A stretch of 64,000 nt of DNA from Octopus sinensis. Its lineage: Eukaryota. Below are positions 40,301 through 53,228 of the stretch, one piece after another; position 1 is the first letter of the stretch, and the number at the start of each line of letters is the position of its first letter. A program made the position numbers and the translations under genes. The stretch is taken from positions 30,876,001-30,940,000 of the forward strand of contig NC_043014.1 in NCBI RefSeq assembly GCF_006345805.1. The letters are read 5' to 3'. The notes under the pieces were generated by a model that was given only the letters and a program-made list of their open reading frames with translations, was not told the DNA's origin and made no database searches.

Positions 40301-42710
40301 AGTACCAATAACAACAACTCTACTGCTCTTTATCTAGTCCTAAACTGGACTGTATTCAGCCTATTGCATATGGCTAATTTGTTTGGTGTTCATCATCCTT
40401 TGTTTGGTGTTTCAGGGGTTGCCCTTAACAAATATGGACTATAGCCATCCTCTTCAAACATGTGGTCTTTTATTTTAAATTCAATGTTGAGATTGTTGTT
40501 TTCTTTCACTTATTTTCTCTCTCCTCTACTCGCTTCTCCTCAACTCACTTCTCTCTGCCACTCAACTCACTTCACCTCTTTTCCTCATTCTCCTCTCCCC
40601 TTCTCCCAACACCCTCCTTATGTGATTATAACGTTCTGTTGATGGCGATCAGCTAGTTTTAGTATACTCTTAAGCTTTCCTGAGTAAACAATGGTGCCAA
40701 GTAGAGACAATATGTTATGTAAAAGCCAGGTATTGGACATTCCTTTCTCATCTGTAAGACTGATTGGTAAATAACTCTGTTTCATACTTGCTGTTTAATA
40801 TTCAGGTGTGTGTATTGTCTTTGGCTCTTTCTCTCTATACCTATCTTATTTGTTATCTTTTACTTGTTTCAGTCATTAGACTGCAACCATGTTAGGGCAC
40901 TGTCTCGAAATTTTAGTCAAATGAATTGACCCAAGTAATTTTATTTTAAGCCTGGCACTTATTCTATCAATCTCTTATATTAAACTGCTAAGTTACGGGG
41001 ATGTAAACATACCAACAGTGGTTGTCAAGCAGTGGTGGGACATACACTTCTTTCAGTTTCCGTCTACCAAATCCTCTCTCAAGGCTTTGGTTGGCCTGAG
41101 GCTATAGTAGAAGACACTTGCCCAAGGTACCATACAGTAGGAGTGAACCCAGAACTATGTGGTTGGGAAACAAGCTTTGAGTGTGTATAACACTGATTTG
41201 ACTTGTTTTGTTTTCTTGTTTGAGACTAATGTTTTATCTCATAATTATCTTTGTAGTTGAAAGAAATCATTATTATAAATTGTGTAAAACTGATAATTCA
41301 TATGAGTTAAGGGCTAAACTCTTATAAGTTGAGAGCAATTATATCATCCTATTAAATTTGGAGCGCCTAGATCAGTGCATTTTTTTTAATGCTGTTGCTT
41401 ATCTTTTAGTAATGTCTTTTCAATGCTCACCTCTCCAACACCTTTGCTACAATTCAACCTATCTCATTTCCAATGTTCATATATGTAGTATCAAGCATTT
41501 GTAATTTAGTTCCAGGTAACAGTTTGATGTAGGTGACTACTTACCACAGTACCATCCTACTATAAGTAAATATTTGACACATCTCCATTAAATTTAAGGT
41601 ATTCACCCAACCTTTAGCACACGGCTTCAACCAATATCATGTATGCTTTCTACATTCTTCATATTCACCCTTGTAGCTACAAGTTGAAATTTATCTTTAT
41701 AATTTTAGTTTATAGTCGTATTTTCTGTATGATCACATACACGTATATTAATTTCTCTGCTTGCCTCTGAGTTTACACATCCATTTATAGCTGTACTAAT
41801 AGGGCCTGTACACATATATTAGGGCATTACTTCATGCTCCAAGTACAGTGGTCACCTTTATTGCATGTATGAAAATACCCACAAATGTCTTTTAGATTAT
41901 ACTTTAGTTTATTGTTTATAATTTAGATACATAGGTGCATATATTCGGTTTTGTTTACCTGTTTATTCATGTTTCTAAGCCTATCATTATTGTTGATGTT
42001 GTTGTGATTGTAGATTACAAGCTGTTTATCACAACATTACATTGATTTTCTGTAGGAAGACAAAAAAATCTGTACAGATGCATCTATTACCCTTCTATTT
42101 TCTCCTTTGTCTCCAAGAGGCTGCACCAAATGCAAAAAAAAAAAATCCAGTATGGTTTAATTTAAGGAAGTAGTGGCTATTTCTAGCAGATCAAATGGCT
42201 ACATAGTTTCCTTCCTTGGTTCACCTTCACTGGTGACAATGCTCGAAGAGTAAAAGCAGAATTATTATCTGCCAGGTTATTCTTACTTTAATATCCTTCA
42301 CTGATTGGATATTTTTGCATAAAGCTGCTAGATTTCACTTGTTCATGGATTTTGAATGGATTTTCTGTCAAATCTAATATGTTTAGTCTATGTTGTTGTT
42401 TACTGTTGCCCTGTGATGCTTTACAATACAACACCCTTCTTCAGACATTCAACACTGTGTGGGAAAGTCCATCATAAAGTATTTTTAAGTCACTATTTTA
42501 TATTTGTGAAGGTAGATTATGGTTTCCATTTGCCTTTTGCATTCATTTGTTGTTCTATAAGGCAACATGTGTGTGTAATTGTTTTATGATTTTATGGCCA
42601 TATTTCCATGATGGTATTTTTGGTAGGCATTTTGAGGCAGTGTTTTATGACTGGATACCTCTTCTGGTGCCAGCCCTTTTACACACCCTTTATAAGATCC
42701 TGACTAAAAA

Positions 42711-42741
<31 letters not shown>

Positions 42742-42759
42742 CCTACACTTCAGACTTCC

Positions 42760-42890
42760 TCATGTTCCTTTCTGTTGAAGAGCATTGGCTTGAAATGTAA
42801 AAGACTTTCTCACTTTCCTGAGCATCAAACAAATACACTTGCTTGTTATTTATACACCTGTCTTCGTCTTTTGCTTTCCTGTAAATTTCA
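42760..42890 (+). mobile_element. Penelope-like terminal-repeat fragment with a decayed hammerhead-like motif
   Basis: Homologous over ~125 bp to the reverse complement of ~59590-59725. Confidence 0.55.
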
Positions 42891-43089
42891 ATTTTACCTA
42901 AGTAAAGTCATTAATGGCAAAACCGGTCTACGATTAATTCTTTATTTTGTATATTTTCATCTGTCTTACCTGCCTATGTTCTGGTGTTTGCTGAATTTTT
43001 CTAGAGAACATTCTTTTCTTTGTGGTTAGATCGTAGGTGATCTACTTCTAGCACATTGGATGTCCACTTAGTTGTCATCCCTTCTTATA

Positions 43090-43130
<41 letters not shown>

Positions 43131-43214
43131 ACACACACACACAAAGGTGTGTGGTGTAACTCTCTTTAAATTTGTGCAGTGGTTTACCAGAGGTATCCTT
43201 GTGGATGCTATCAC

Positions 43215-43264
<50 letters not shown>

Positions 43265-44946
43265 ATAGCTGTATGTGATAGAATAGTGACTGTGAAGCTG
43301 GGTCAAAGAGGCTTTAGCAGTGGTAATAACCATTGAACACACTGTCTTTTCATTGTCTTATCTTTTTATTATTGTTTGGTTGAGAAGTTAAAATGTTTAC
43401 TTTGCATGCATATGCCACACCTTGGATAAGTTTCTTCTACCGTAGCTTCAAGTTGACCAATACCTTGTATGGAAGTCTGTACAGTCTCACATGCACACAT
43501 GAATGCAGCTGTGTGGTTAACAAACTTGCTTTGCAATCATGTGGTTTTCAGTTCAATCCCACTGCATAGCACCCTGAGTGGGTGCCTTCCCCTATAGCCA
43601 CAGGCTGACTAATACCTTGCAAGTGGATTTGATAGACGAAAACTGTGGAAGCTGTTTTACTATTTAACAACATGTATTGGTCTGTTTACACCCCCATAAC
43701 TTAATAGTTTGGGAAAAAAAGATTGATAGAATAAGTACCAAACTTTAAAAAATATGCATTTGGCCCAACTTATTCAACTAAATCCCTCAAGGTGGCGTCC
43801 CAACATGGCCACACTCTAATGACTAAAACGATTAAAAAGAATAGTAAATACTTGAAACTTAAGACATTTCCTTCTTTTCTGAGTGTCAACCTAGCACCAA
43901 CTCTCTGTTTGTTTTTTCACCTTGTTTTTGAGCTGTCTTTTTTGCACCACACACACTCACACACACACATGTATGTATCCCCTAAAAACCACATGCAACT
44001 CATTCCAGCAATGGAGAGGTGTGCTTATTTTCTTTTGTTATTGTCTGAGTTTGTTAATGGTAATGGTTAGTATTATGTATGTATATGTTGTTAGAAATAT
44101 ATACATATATCTTTTCTTTCCTGATAGTGTATACTGCCTTGCATCTTGGGCAAGTGTCTTCTACTATATCATCAGGCCAACTAAAGCCTTGTAAATAGAA
44201 GCTAAAAGATCACTCCCTCCCTCACTCATTTCTTGACTTGACTTGCATGATGGTTACAAATGAGTGATGTTGCCATACAAGATATGGAAGTCATTTCCAA
44301 TCTTCTTTAAAAACATGTCTGGTCATGGGAAAATATTGTCCTGCTGGGAAACAGGTGTGGGTTGGTAACAGGAAGAGCATCCACCTATAGAAAATTGTCC
44401 TCAACAAATTCTATATGATCCATACAAGTGCACATGTGTGTGTGTGTGCGTGGGGGGTTGCAGGCATAAGAAATTCACTTTTTAATTAATTGTTCTTAGA
44501 TTTAATCCCACTGCATGGTATTTTGGTCGAATGTCTTTTATGTTACCTTTGGGTCAATCCAAGTTTTGTAAGTGAAATTAGATGAATGGAAGTTGGAGAT
44601 GTGTGTCAAATGAAGCATACATGTAACCGAAAGGTCCCATTTTGTCACACTGTGTTGTACTGATGTTGCTTGACAATTATAGTTTGCTACACATATTCAT
44701 CATGATTTGTGTATGTGTAGCTTGCAGCAAAAGATTGCCAAGAAGATTATTGGGGGGAAGGGTGCTTTTGTATACAAATATACCATGGTTGTTTGTTTTG
44801 CTTGAGTGGCACAGACAATCCCATATCATAATCATTATACATGTCATAAAGTCATAAATCAGTGATTGGTCCATTCTGTAGCCCATAGCCTCTGTGGTTC
44901 ACCAAATACAATTAAAAAGCAAAAAGAAAAGGCTTAACAGTTAAAT

Positions 44947-45278
44947 CAGGGGTTTTCAACCATTTATTAGCCTATGGACACCTTTGTTTTACTCTGGTGG
45001 ACCCCATAGACATTCGATGTTTAAAAATAGTTTTATAGACACTTTTTTACAAATGCAGATTTTGTTTTTCACCTGTTCACTTGTGTAGGTTTGCAATAGC
45101 ACTCACTGAGAGAACATGTTCCAGTGGATAAAAACATGTTGAACTATGTAAAACACAAACACATCTAATATAAAAGTTATTCATGGATCCCCTAAAATAC
45201 TATCGTAGATCTTCAATTTATTACTTTGCTTGCTTGGACCTACAAAAATCTTATATGGACCCCAGTTGAGAACCACTG
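44947..45278. mobile_element. hAT (Charlie-like) non-autonomous element with perfect 8-bp TSD
   Basis: TIRs caggggttttcaac and gttgagaaccactg, with agttaaat on both flanks (44939-44946 and 45279-45286). Confidence 0.9.
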
Positions 45279-45884
45279 AGTTAAATTAATATTTTAAAGA
45301 AACAGAATTAACAGAAGTTAGTGCTAGGAATGTGAAGGGAACACAGAGAGCTTTTTTCCAGTAATGCCAATAATATATTCTAATATTGTTGGGTATGCTC
45401 CAGATAAATCCTTATTAAACAGGCATCAGACAAACAACTAAGTGCAGTTGTTTTCATATTTTTAAGTGCTCATTGAGAGAAGAAAATATAGCACTCATTA
45501 AAATGCTTCTTCTACATTTTTACTGTGGGTGTGCACAGAAATTTGTACTGCATACATATTTTGTCTTTCTTTATAAAGTGTGTGCGCATTCATGCAAGAA
45601 ATCATTGCTCAGATTTCTTCAATTAATCTGATTTCATCTTGCAAACTTTGTGTGCACACATTTTTTGCCTTTCTTAGTTGTAAAATGAGTATATGCACAC
45701 AAGTACATAGCTTAGAAGGACCATTGCTTATGGCCACATATATTTACAGGGCATTTGAGACTGATGGGATAAAGACAAAAGAACAATCTTCAGCCAGAAG
45801 ACCTGGTTCAAATGCTTTCAAGAGAGTGAACTCTGCTAAAGGCACTCAAGGACCAGCTGGTGGGTTTAAATGAGGTGATGGAAT

Positions 45885-47735
45885 TAAATCTACCACTCAA
45901 AATTCAAGGTGCAAAGAACCAGCATAAATACTGTATGGTATCTTGTCCAGTGCTTTAACAATTCCACCAATCTATCTACCTGGATTGGCATTTTATTTTA
46001 TTGATTCTGAAAGAATGAAAACAAATATTATGCAGTTGGATTTGAACTTGGAATGCAGAAAACCTGAAACAAATTACATAATGTATTTTGTTTTGTGCTT
46101 TAATGACTCTGCCAATTCACTGTTATTCTTGGCAAACTGTTTCATTATTGCTGTTAAATTATTTATTTTTTGTTATTTTATTTTCTTGGTAATTTTTGTC
46201 TTTTTTCTTCTGGCTATAATAAATTTTGAGGTAAAACATTTGATCATGAGCAAGCTGGATTGGTCAATAACTAACATTCTTTGCATTCTCTCTCTCTTCA
46301 TTTCTGATCCTCCTCCCCCCATCTGGGATTAAGTCTACCATGCAAAATTCAAGGTGCAAAGAGCCAGCATAAATAATGCAGAGCATCTTGTCCAGTGTTC
46401 TAACAATTCTGTTTACCTTTCAACCTGGATGGGCACTTTATTTTATCAACTTTGAAAGGATGAAAAGAAAAATTGACTGCAGTTGGATTTGAACTTGGAA
46501 CACAGAAAGACCAAAATAGATACCATGAAGTATTTTGTTCTCTACTGTAACGACTCTGCCAATTCACTGTTATTTCTGGCAAACAGCTTCCTTACAGCCA
46601 TTAATTACTTGATACAGCAGGTGTGTTTTATGCTCGAGTGTTTCTCGAATATCACAATATGCTCAATGCAATTCCTGAAAGTATGGTTTTTAAACTCCCC
46701 ATTTGTTATTATTCTCAGGATGTTAGCCTTGCTCAGCTGCTGTGCAGCAAACATTTTGATCTAGCTTCAGAATAAATTGCTGAAAATTTTTATTTGACTT
46801 CACAACTCTGAGTTACGTAAATCAGGAAATATGAAATAAAACTGTAAGACCTGCAAACTGAAGTGGTCGACCCTAACACCACATTCCTATGAGAAATATT
46901 TCTGGTGCAGGGTGGAAGAAATACCTTAAGCGTACTTAATATTTTATTATAGAATCCAGAGACAACCAACAACAACAGTAATAATAAAGCTTTAAAAAAC
47001 AAAGACAAAAATAAAAACATGCTCTAGTATTACAAAACATTTTCTGAAGACATTCCAGTAGTGAAAAAATAAAATTAAAATATACTTATGGAACAAAAAA
47101 TTTTTTAAATAAGAAGAACATTAAAAATTATAAAAAAAAAAAACACAAACCAACTACAAATAAACATTGTGATTAGAAAAATTTATTTTTAAAACACATT
47201 CTTTGAAAATGTCTATAAAGGCGGAAATTAGAGTAAGTGTATGCTTAAGGCAAAAGATGAATTTAGGTAGCAGGGTTGAAGATGTGTGTGAGGGAGAGGC
47301 TAATGGTGTTGGGGGTATGGTACAGGGGGCGGGGCGGTGGTGCTGGTTTATGTGTTGGGAGAGTGGTGAAATGTCTAGTTTACACAATTGAAATAATGCC
47401 AAGTCCTATTTTAACAATATATTTTTCCAATTTGCCAAGTGGGTAGTGTTGGAGAAGAACATGAAAAAACAAAAACAGTATCTTGTAGAGGTCTGCTCTA
47501 TCAATTCATTCGCATAAGGTTGATAATTAAAATTTCACTATCTTCCAACTTGATGAGACTTTTGTTTCTTTCTTATTTTATTTTATTTTGTTATTTTTTG
47601 GTAATTTTTGTCTTTTTCTTCTTGGCTGTAATAAACTTTGAGGCAAGACATTTGATCATGAGCAAGCTGGATTGGTCAATAACTAGCATTCTTTGCATTC
47701 TCACTCCTCATTTCTGATCTCTTCCTCCAACCCCT
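45885..47735. repeat. Old ~450-bp duplication, second copy split by ~1 kb of unrelated sequence
   Basis: 45885-46140 matches 46325-46590, and 46160-46320 matches 47570-47735. Confidence 0.8.
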
Positions 47736-48453
47736 TCTCTCTGCATATGAACAGACAATTGCAGAATAAGTAGAGTTGAACAAAATATCTTGTGATACTC
47801 CCTATGATTATCCATATCTTCTCTGTTATTTGTGGTGCAGTTGATTAGGTGCAGGCCATGTTTGCAGCCCCTAGTTAATCTTAATACTTCAGACCTAAAA
47901 TCAAAAGCATTCCAACCATGGCCATCCCAATATTTTTTTTCAAGGGTTTTAGAATGCATCATGTCTCTAACTAGTTTCAGTTCAAGAACTGTGGCCATGC
48001 TGAGGCACCACCATTATCTGTGTACTTCTTTTTAAGATGGTAGGGTTTGACTTGAAGGAGATTTAGCTGCTGTTTCTAAAAGGTCAAGCTACCAAAAAGA
48101 ACATATTTCAGTTCATACTTGAAAATAGATTTATGATACTGATTGACTGATTGGTCTGGTTGTTCAAATTATATCTACTGAGCTAATCAAATACTTAGAA
48201 TTAACCACTGACCCAGCATTATGTGTGTGTGCGTGTGTGTGTGTGCGTGTGTGTGTGTGTGTGTAAATGTTTGTTTTCATGTTGAGTTATAATAAAAACA
48301 ATTTTACATTAATCTGATAGGTTACTCTATGCTTTTGTAGAGTACAAATTTATTTCTAAACAAAAATATTGTTGAAGTTTTGGCCAGTGATAGCTTAGCT
48401 GGCCAAAACTTCAAAGTCATTGTCAACAACATTTTTGTATATATTGTGCGCAT

Positions 48454-48490
<37 letters not shown>

Positions 48491-49013
48491 TTCCAGCTGT
48501 TCAGTATTTACATTGTACATATTATTGTGCAGTTGTTGCTTAGTCCTTGGTCAGCCCTTTTGAAACTGATCATCTGATCTTTATTAGACATGGTCTCTAA
48601 TATTCTATTCAAATTGATGGAGGTGGGGTGTAATGCAGTTGTATAGAGACTCCTTCAGTTTGTTACGCAGTTGATTAAGTGGGTATGTTGTGTTATATGG
48701 AGTCAGTTACAGTGTAGCAGTGTTGTGTGGTTTGTAGATGCAGTGCTATTATATAGGAATGTTGTGTGATGTATACATGCAGCCTGGTTATATAGGAATA
48801 TTATGTGATCTATAGGTCAGAGTGTGGTTATGTAGGAATGTTGTGTAGTCTATAGATAGTGGAGTTATGTAAGAATGTTGTGTACTAGTGTGTGTATGCT
48901 GCAGAATGTTAGTTAATTTTTTTTAAATATTAAGATGTTTTTGTGTTATGTTATGGTATGTGCAGCCACTGCTCATTTGTTCACATATTCTTCTGTACAT
49001 ATACTGAAGGCAT

Positions 49014-49059
<46 letters not shown>

Positions 49060-50402
49060 TTATGTGCATGTTTGTGTATTTGTGTGTGTGTATACAGAGA
49101 AAGAGAGTGAGGTATATGTGTCTGTGCAGACAGAAATATATACACACAAACGTGTACTTATACACATGCAAAATATACCTACATACAGTCTTATATATTT
49201 GAAGATTTGTATATATATATTACTCAGCATATCTAGGTATTTCTCTCTCTGTCTCTGTGACTGTCTGTCTGTCTGTCTATCTGTCTCTCTCTTATGAACA
49301 CACACCCCTCTAAATATTTTCATTTGTATATAGATAGGAGCACATCATTTCATTACCATATAAATGTCAGGTTACATCTGATATATTGTTTTGAGGTTTT
49401 TACCTGTTTGCAAAGTCAGTTTAGTGTAGGTAAGAATGTACACATTTATGTATTACACTGCGTCTCTCTTTCACATATTCCCTGCCTGTCTACCTCTGTC
49501 TATGTGTCTGTCTGTCCCTCTCTGGTTGTCTTTCCCACTCTCTTTCTCTTTCTATATATCATTCTCTCTTTGTCTGCTTCTCCTTTCATATTTGAGAAAA
49601 TTGATGAGTATACTATATATTCTCCAAAAATGAAAATTCTTTCATTCTTCGCTTAATTAAATTTATTGTTACAGACACTCTTTCTCTCCCTCTTTCTTTT
49701 TCTCTCTCTCACACTCACAGATATCCAAAATTTATGCATCAGCTTTTTGTAACTGGAACAGCTATATGTTGATATGTTTGTGCATTTATTTATTTTATTT
49801 TATTTTCATTGTTCAGCCAAGAACTGCAAGTAACCTTGATAGTTTGGAGTTTGACTAAGATAAGGAATGTAGTATTAACTTTCTGTGACAAACTTGATAT
49901 ATTTTAGTAAATGGTTTTAGCCGTTGTAAGATATCTTTGTAAAACGTTTTGTATCTGTATATAAAGGGTATAGGCATGGCCGTGTGGTGAGAAGTTTGCT
50001 TCTCAACCACATGGTTCCACGGTCAATCACACTACATAGCACCATGGGCAAATGCCTTCTACTATAGCCTTGGTCTGACCAAAACTTTATGAGTGGATTT
50101 GGTAGACACAAACTGAGATTATATATATTGGTTCCACTTGGGCCTAGCAATACTAATAAACTGGTGCTAGAGCTCAATTTACATATGTCTTACAGTAAAG
50201 CATTAGCTGGGTACAGAGCATTACATGAAATTAAACTAATGACAAAGGAACAAAATTATGCAATGAATTTCATCATCTTACAGCTGTTTCTACTACAGGG
50301 TGCAGTGCAGTGTAAATATTAGGTATAGTTACATTCTCATTATGATCTGAAGTCTATTTTATTGCACTGGAGTGTTTTCAATGAAGTTTTTAAAAATTTC
50401 AT

Positions 50403-50561
50403 AGCTGGAGTGGCTGTGTGGTAAGTAACTTGCTTACCAACCACATGGTTCCGGGTTCAGTCCCACTGCATGGCACTTTGGGCAAGTGTCTTCTACTATA
50501 GCCTCGGGTCGACCAAAGCCTTGTGAGTGGATTTGGTAGACGGAAACTGAAAGAAGCCCGT

Positions 50562-50592
<31 letters not shown>

Positions 50593-50802
50593 GTTTGTAT
50601 GTTTGTGTATCTGTGTTTGTCTCCCCAACATTGCTTGACAACCGATGCTGGTGTGTTTAGGTCCCTGTAACTTAGTGGTTCAGCAAAAGAGACCGATAGA
50701 ATAAGTACTAGGCTTACAAAGAATAAGTCCTGGGATCGATTTGATTCGATTAAAGGCAGTGCTCCGGCATGGCCGCAGTCAAATGACTGAAACAAGTGAA
50801 AG
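50403..50802 (+). mobile_element. tRNA-headed SINE, near full length
   Basis: A box tggctgtgtgg, B box ggttcagtccc, internal (TA)n tract, 3' end ...gactgaaacaagtgaaaga. Many decayed copies (e.g. 27500-27890, 39500-39880, 40855-41180, 43490-43840). Confidence 0.9.
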
Positions 50803-51659
50803 AATTAAAATATTTTTAATATTCCTTTTTTCTGATGTAAAATGGAATAACAGATGTTGACATAAAAAGACTTTCCTGAAGGCATAACCTTTATCATTTT
50901 ATACAATCTTTGTTATATGTGTGTATATTACACGCGCACATATATATATATACTTTTATTAAAGCTGCTAAATCATCACAAAAACTGTTCCTCAGAGTTT
51001 CACATTCCCATTCATTGGACAGTTGTGATGAAAACTTGCAGCTTTAATAAAACCATACTACTCTGCCTTTGGTATTCAAATACTATTTGTTCTAACTTGT
51101 TTTGCACTTATGTGCTCACCTGTGTGTGTGTGTATGGGAAAGTGAGGCTTATCCCTTGGTTCTGTTCTCATAATTGTTTCACTAATCCAATAACAACGAT
51201 GCAAAGTATGTAGCCCTTAAAACAGTTTTTGTGCTTTTACATAGAATACTGAACTGTCTTACACAGGGTTTTGTTTTTAGGAATTCCCAATAAGTTATGA
51301 ATACCCAAATTGTGAAGTCAGTTATATAATAATATGAAATTACTTACCTGATAGTAAGAATTCAAATAAAGTAGGCTTTATTGTAAGATCCTGTGTAAGA
51401 CAGTTCAGTATTCTTATTTTGGTTAGTGACTTTCCTATTGTTTAGGAAAATACTATTTACTTGTTTAAGGCTTGTACTGCGTAAATTGCAAAAATAACTA
51501 ACAGTTCAAATACTAAGAAATAAGCATACTGAATTTCATTTTTACCAAATAATTTAGGAATATGAATAGTTTATTTCCCTTGGCTATGTATAAGGATTCC
51601 TTCTAGGGGCGAATGGGTTATTTCCCTGGGTTCTTAAAATAAAATATATTAGATATATA

Positions 51660-51850
51660 TAAGGATCTCTTCCAGGGGCCCTATTATCGATTTTTTTCAA
51701 CAATCTGAGTTTGCTATGAGGTTTCCAGAGATGAGTTCTACTCACTGGTCAAGTTTCATCAAAATTGATAAAATGATGTAGGAGGAGTTAGTTAACAACT
51801 TCACAAACACATCCATAGACAGAATTCCCCACATTTGTAGTAGATATATA
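51660..51850 (+). mobile_element. Possible Helitron/Helentron-associated non-autonomous 3' segment
   Basis: caagtttcatcaaaat...cacaaacacatccatagacaga...tagtagatat layout, recognised by resemblance only. Confidence 0.35.
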
Positions 51851-51929
51851 TGTTCTATGGAAGATATTTGTCCTCAGCCATCTGGACTTTTTCTCTCAAC
51901 CATAATCACTCCTTTGTCAATTTAATAGT

Positions 51930-52365
51930 GGAACTTGAGGTAGTTCAGCTGTGCTACAACAAGAAGATTGCATTAGTCAAAGAGTGAGCTACTGGAGAAA
52001 CTAAAAGAATTTTGACTCCTTGGCGTGAAAACAAGCGAGTTATGTAGTGGTTATACATAAGGAAGATCCTAGAGGAACTGGCATCAAACTTTGGGATCTA
52101 GAGTTATTCCAACCCCATAACAGGATATCACTACGTTATTCCAAAGATCCCAGCCAGTTTGTCTAGAGTAAGAACTAGGTACTGCAATAGCTTGAGGTTT
52201 AAAGGCCCACAGCTATTTAATATCATGCCAAAATACCTGAGAGAACTACATGGAGTGAAGGATAGATGTTTTCAAGAAGCACCTTGATCTTTTGTTCTCC
52301 AAGATTCCAAATGAACATACATCACAGCAAGAAACTTAAACAAGAGCAGCACTATCAAACTCACC
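51930..52365 (+). mobile_element. CR1/L2-group LINE ORF2 C-terminal remnant
   Basis: KILEELASNFGI...RTRYCNSLRFKGPQLFNIMPKYLRELHG...VFKKHLDLLFSKIPNE. Confidence 0.8.
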
Positions 52366-53006
52366 CTATCACCAAAAGCCAATCACATAAAAATGGCTAT
52401 TGAAAAGATTCTGACAGCACTGTCGCACCATGGACGCAGCCTTTGGGCTGAAATGCATTGAGGAATATATGTGTGTGTGTTTGTGTGTGTGGTTATAACT
52501 TTCCACATATTGGCCATGTTAAGGTAATTTTGGTGTGCATGTAGGTTACACTGTTGTTTCTTTAATAAAATCAAAATAATTTAGTCAGTGGTAGAAATCA
52601 GAGCCCATTGCCATATCAGGTCTGCCTGGACTTGTGAGATTGATGTGGTTAATATTTGGTTATAACATCAACAGATAAACATCTGCAAAATGCAAATTAA
52701 TGATCTGCTCTGAACAGTTGAAGCAGATTAAACTTTCTTAAAGGCACCCAGTGACCAAGTATTAAACTAAATGTTTAAAAGCATTCCAACCATGACTATA
52801 ATCATTCAATTCGTATTTATATAATATGTTATTCCATTTTTAGATGGTAGAATATAATTTAAAGAATATTTGACTGCAATTTGTAGCAGCCCAAATGGTC
52901 ACACAGAGGCTTGTGTTTAAATTGGCATTTATTAATTAAGATTCCTTAACCAATCTATCTCAATCCTTAGCATATCTCACAATTTTATTCTATTTCTCTT
53001 TTACAG

Positions 53007-53090
53007 TCAGCCGCTTATTCTGTGAATCTGAATCTTTCAAGATGTATCTTATCTTGGATGTCAATACACAGACGTATCCAGTGGAACTTG
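53007..53090 (+). CDS. POLR2H: Internal coding exon of RNA polymerase I/II/III common subunit RPB8 (RPABC3), or an orphan duplicate of it
   Basis: Acceptor attttattctatttctcttttacag|, donor TTG|gtaagt, 84 nt, phase 1-1. Translates (V)[27 protein letters not shown](G), matching 22 of 27 residues of human [29 protein letters not shown] as recalled from memory. Confidence 0.9.
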
Positions 53091-53160
53091 GTAAGTCACA
53101 CTTCATTTGATACTTTAATTGGTTTGTTTTGTCTCTACAATTCACTGTCTATCTTTTATG

Positions 53161-53228
<68 letters not shown>

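Noticed and set aside
50403-50480. tRNA-like A and B boxes
   Set aside because: These are SINE heads. They do not form a full cloverleaf and continue into the SINE body, so they are not tRNA genes.
51342-51350. Perfect minus-strand CAG|GTAAGT
   Set aside because: Lies in the spacer of a short inverted repeat (51244-51268 / 51390-51414) with no open exon, and is within chance expectation.
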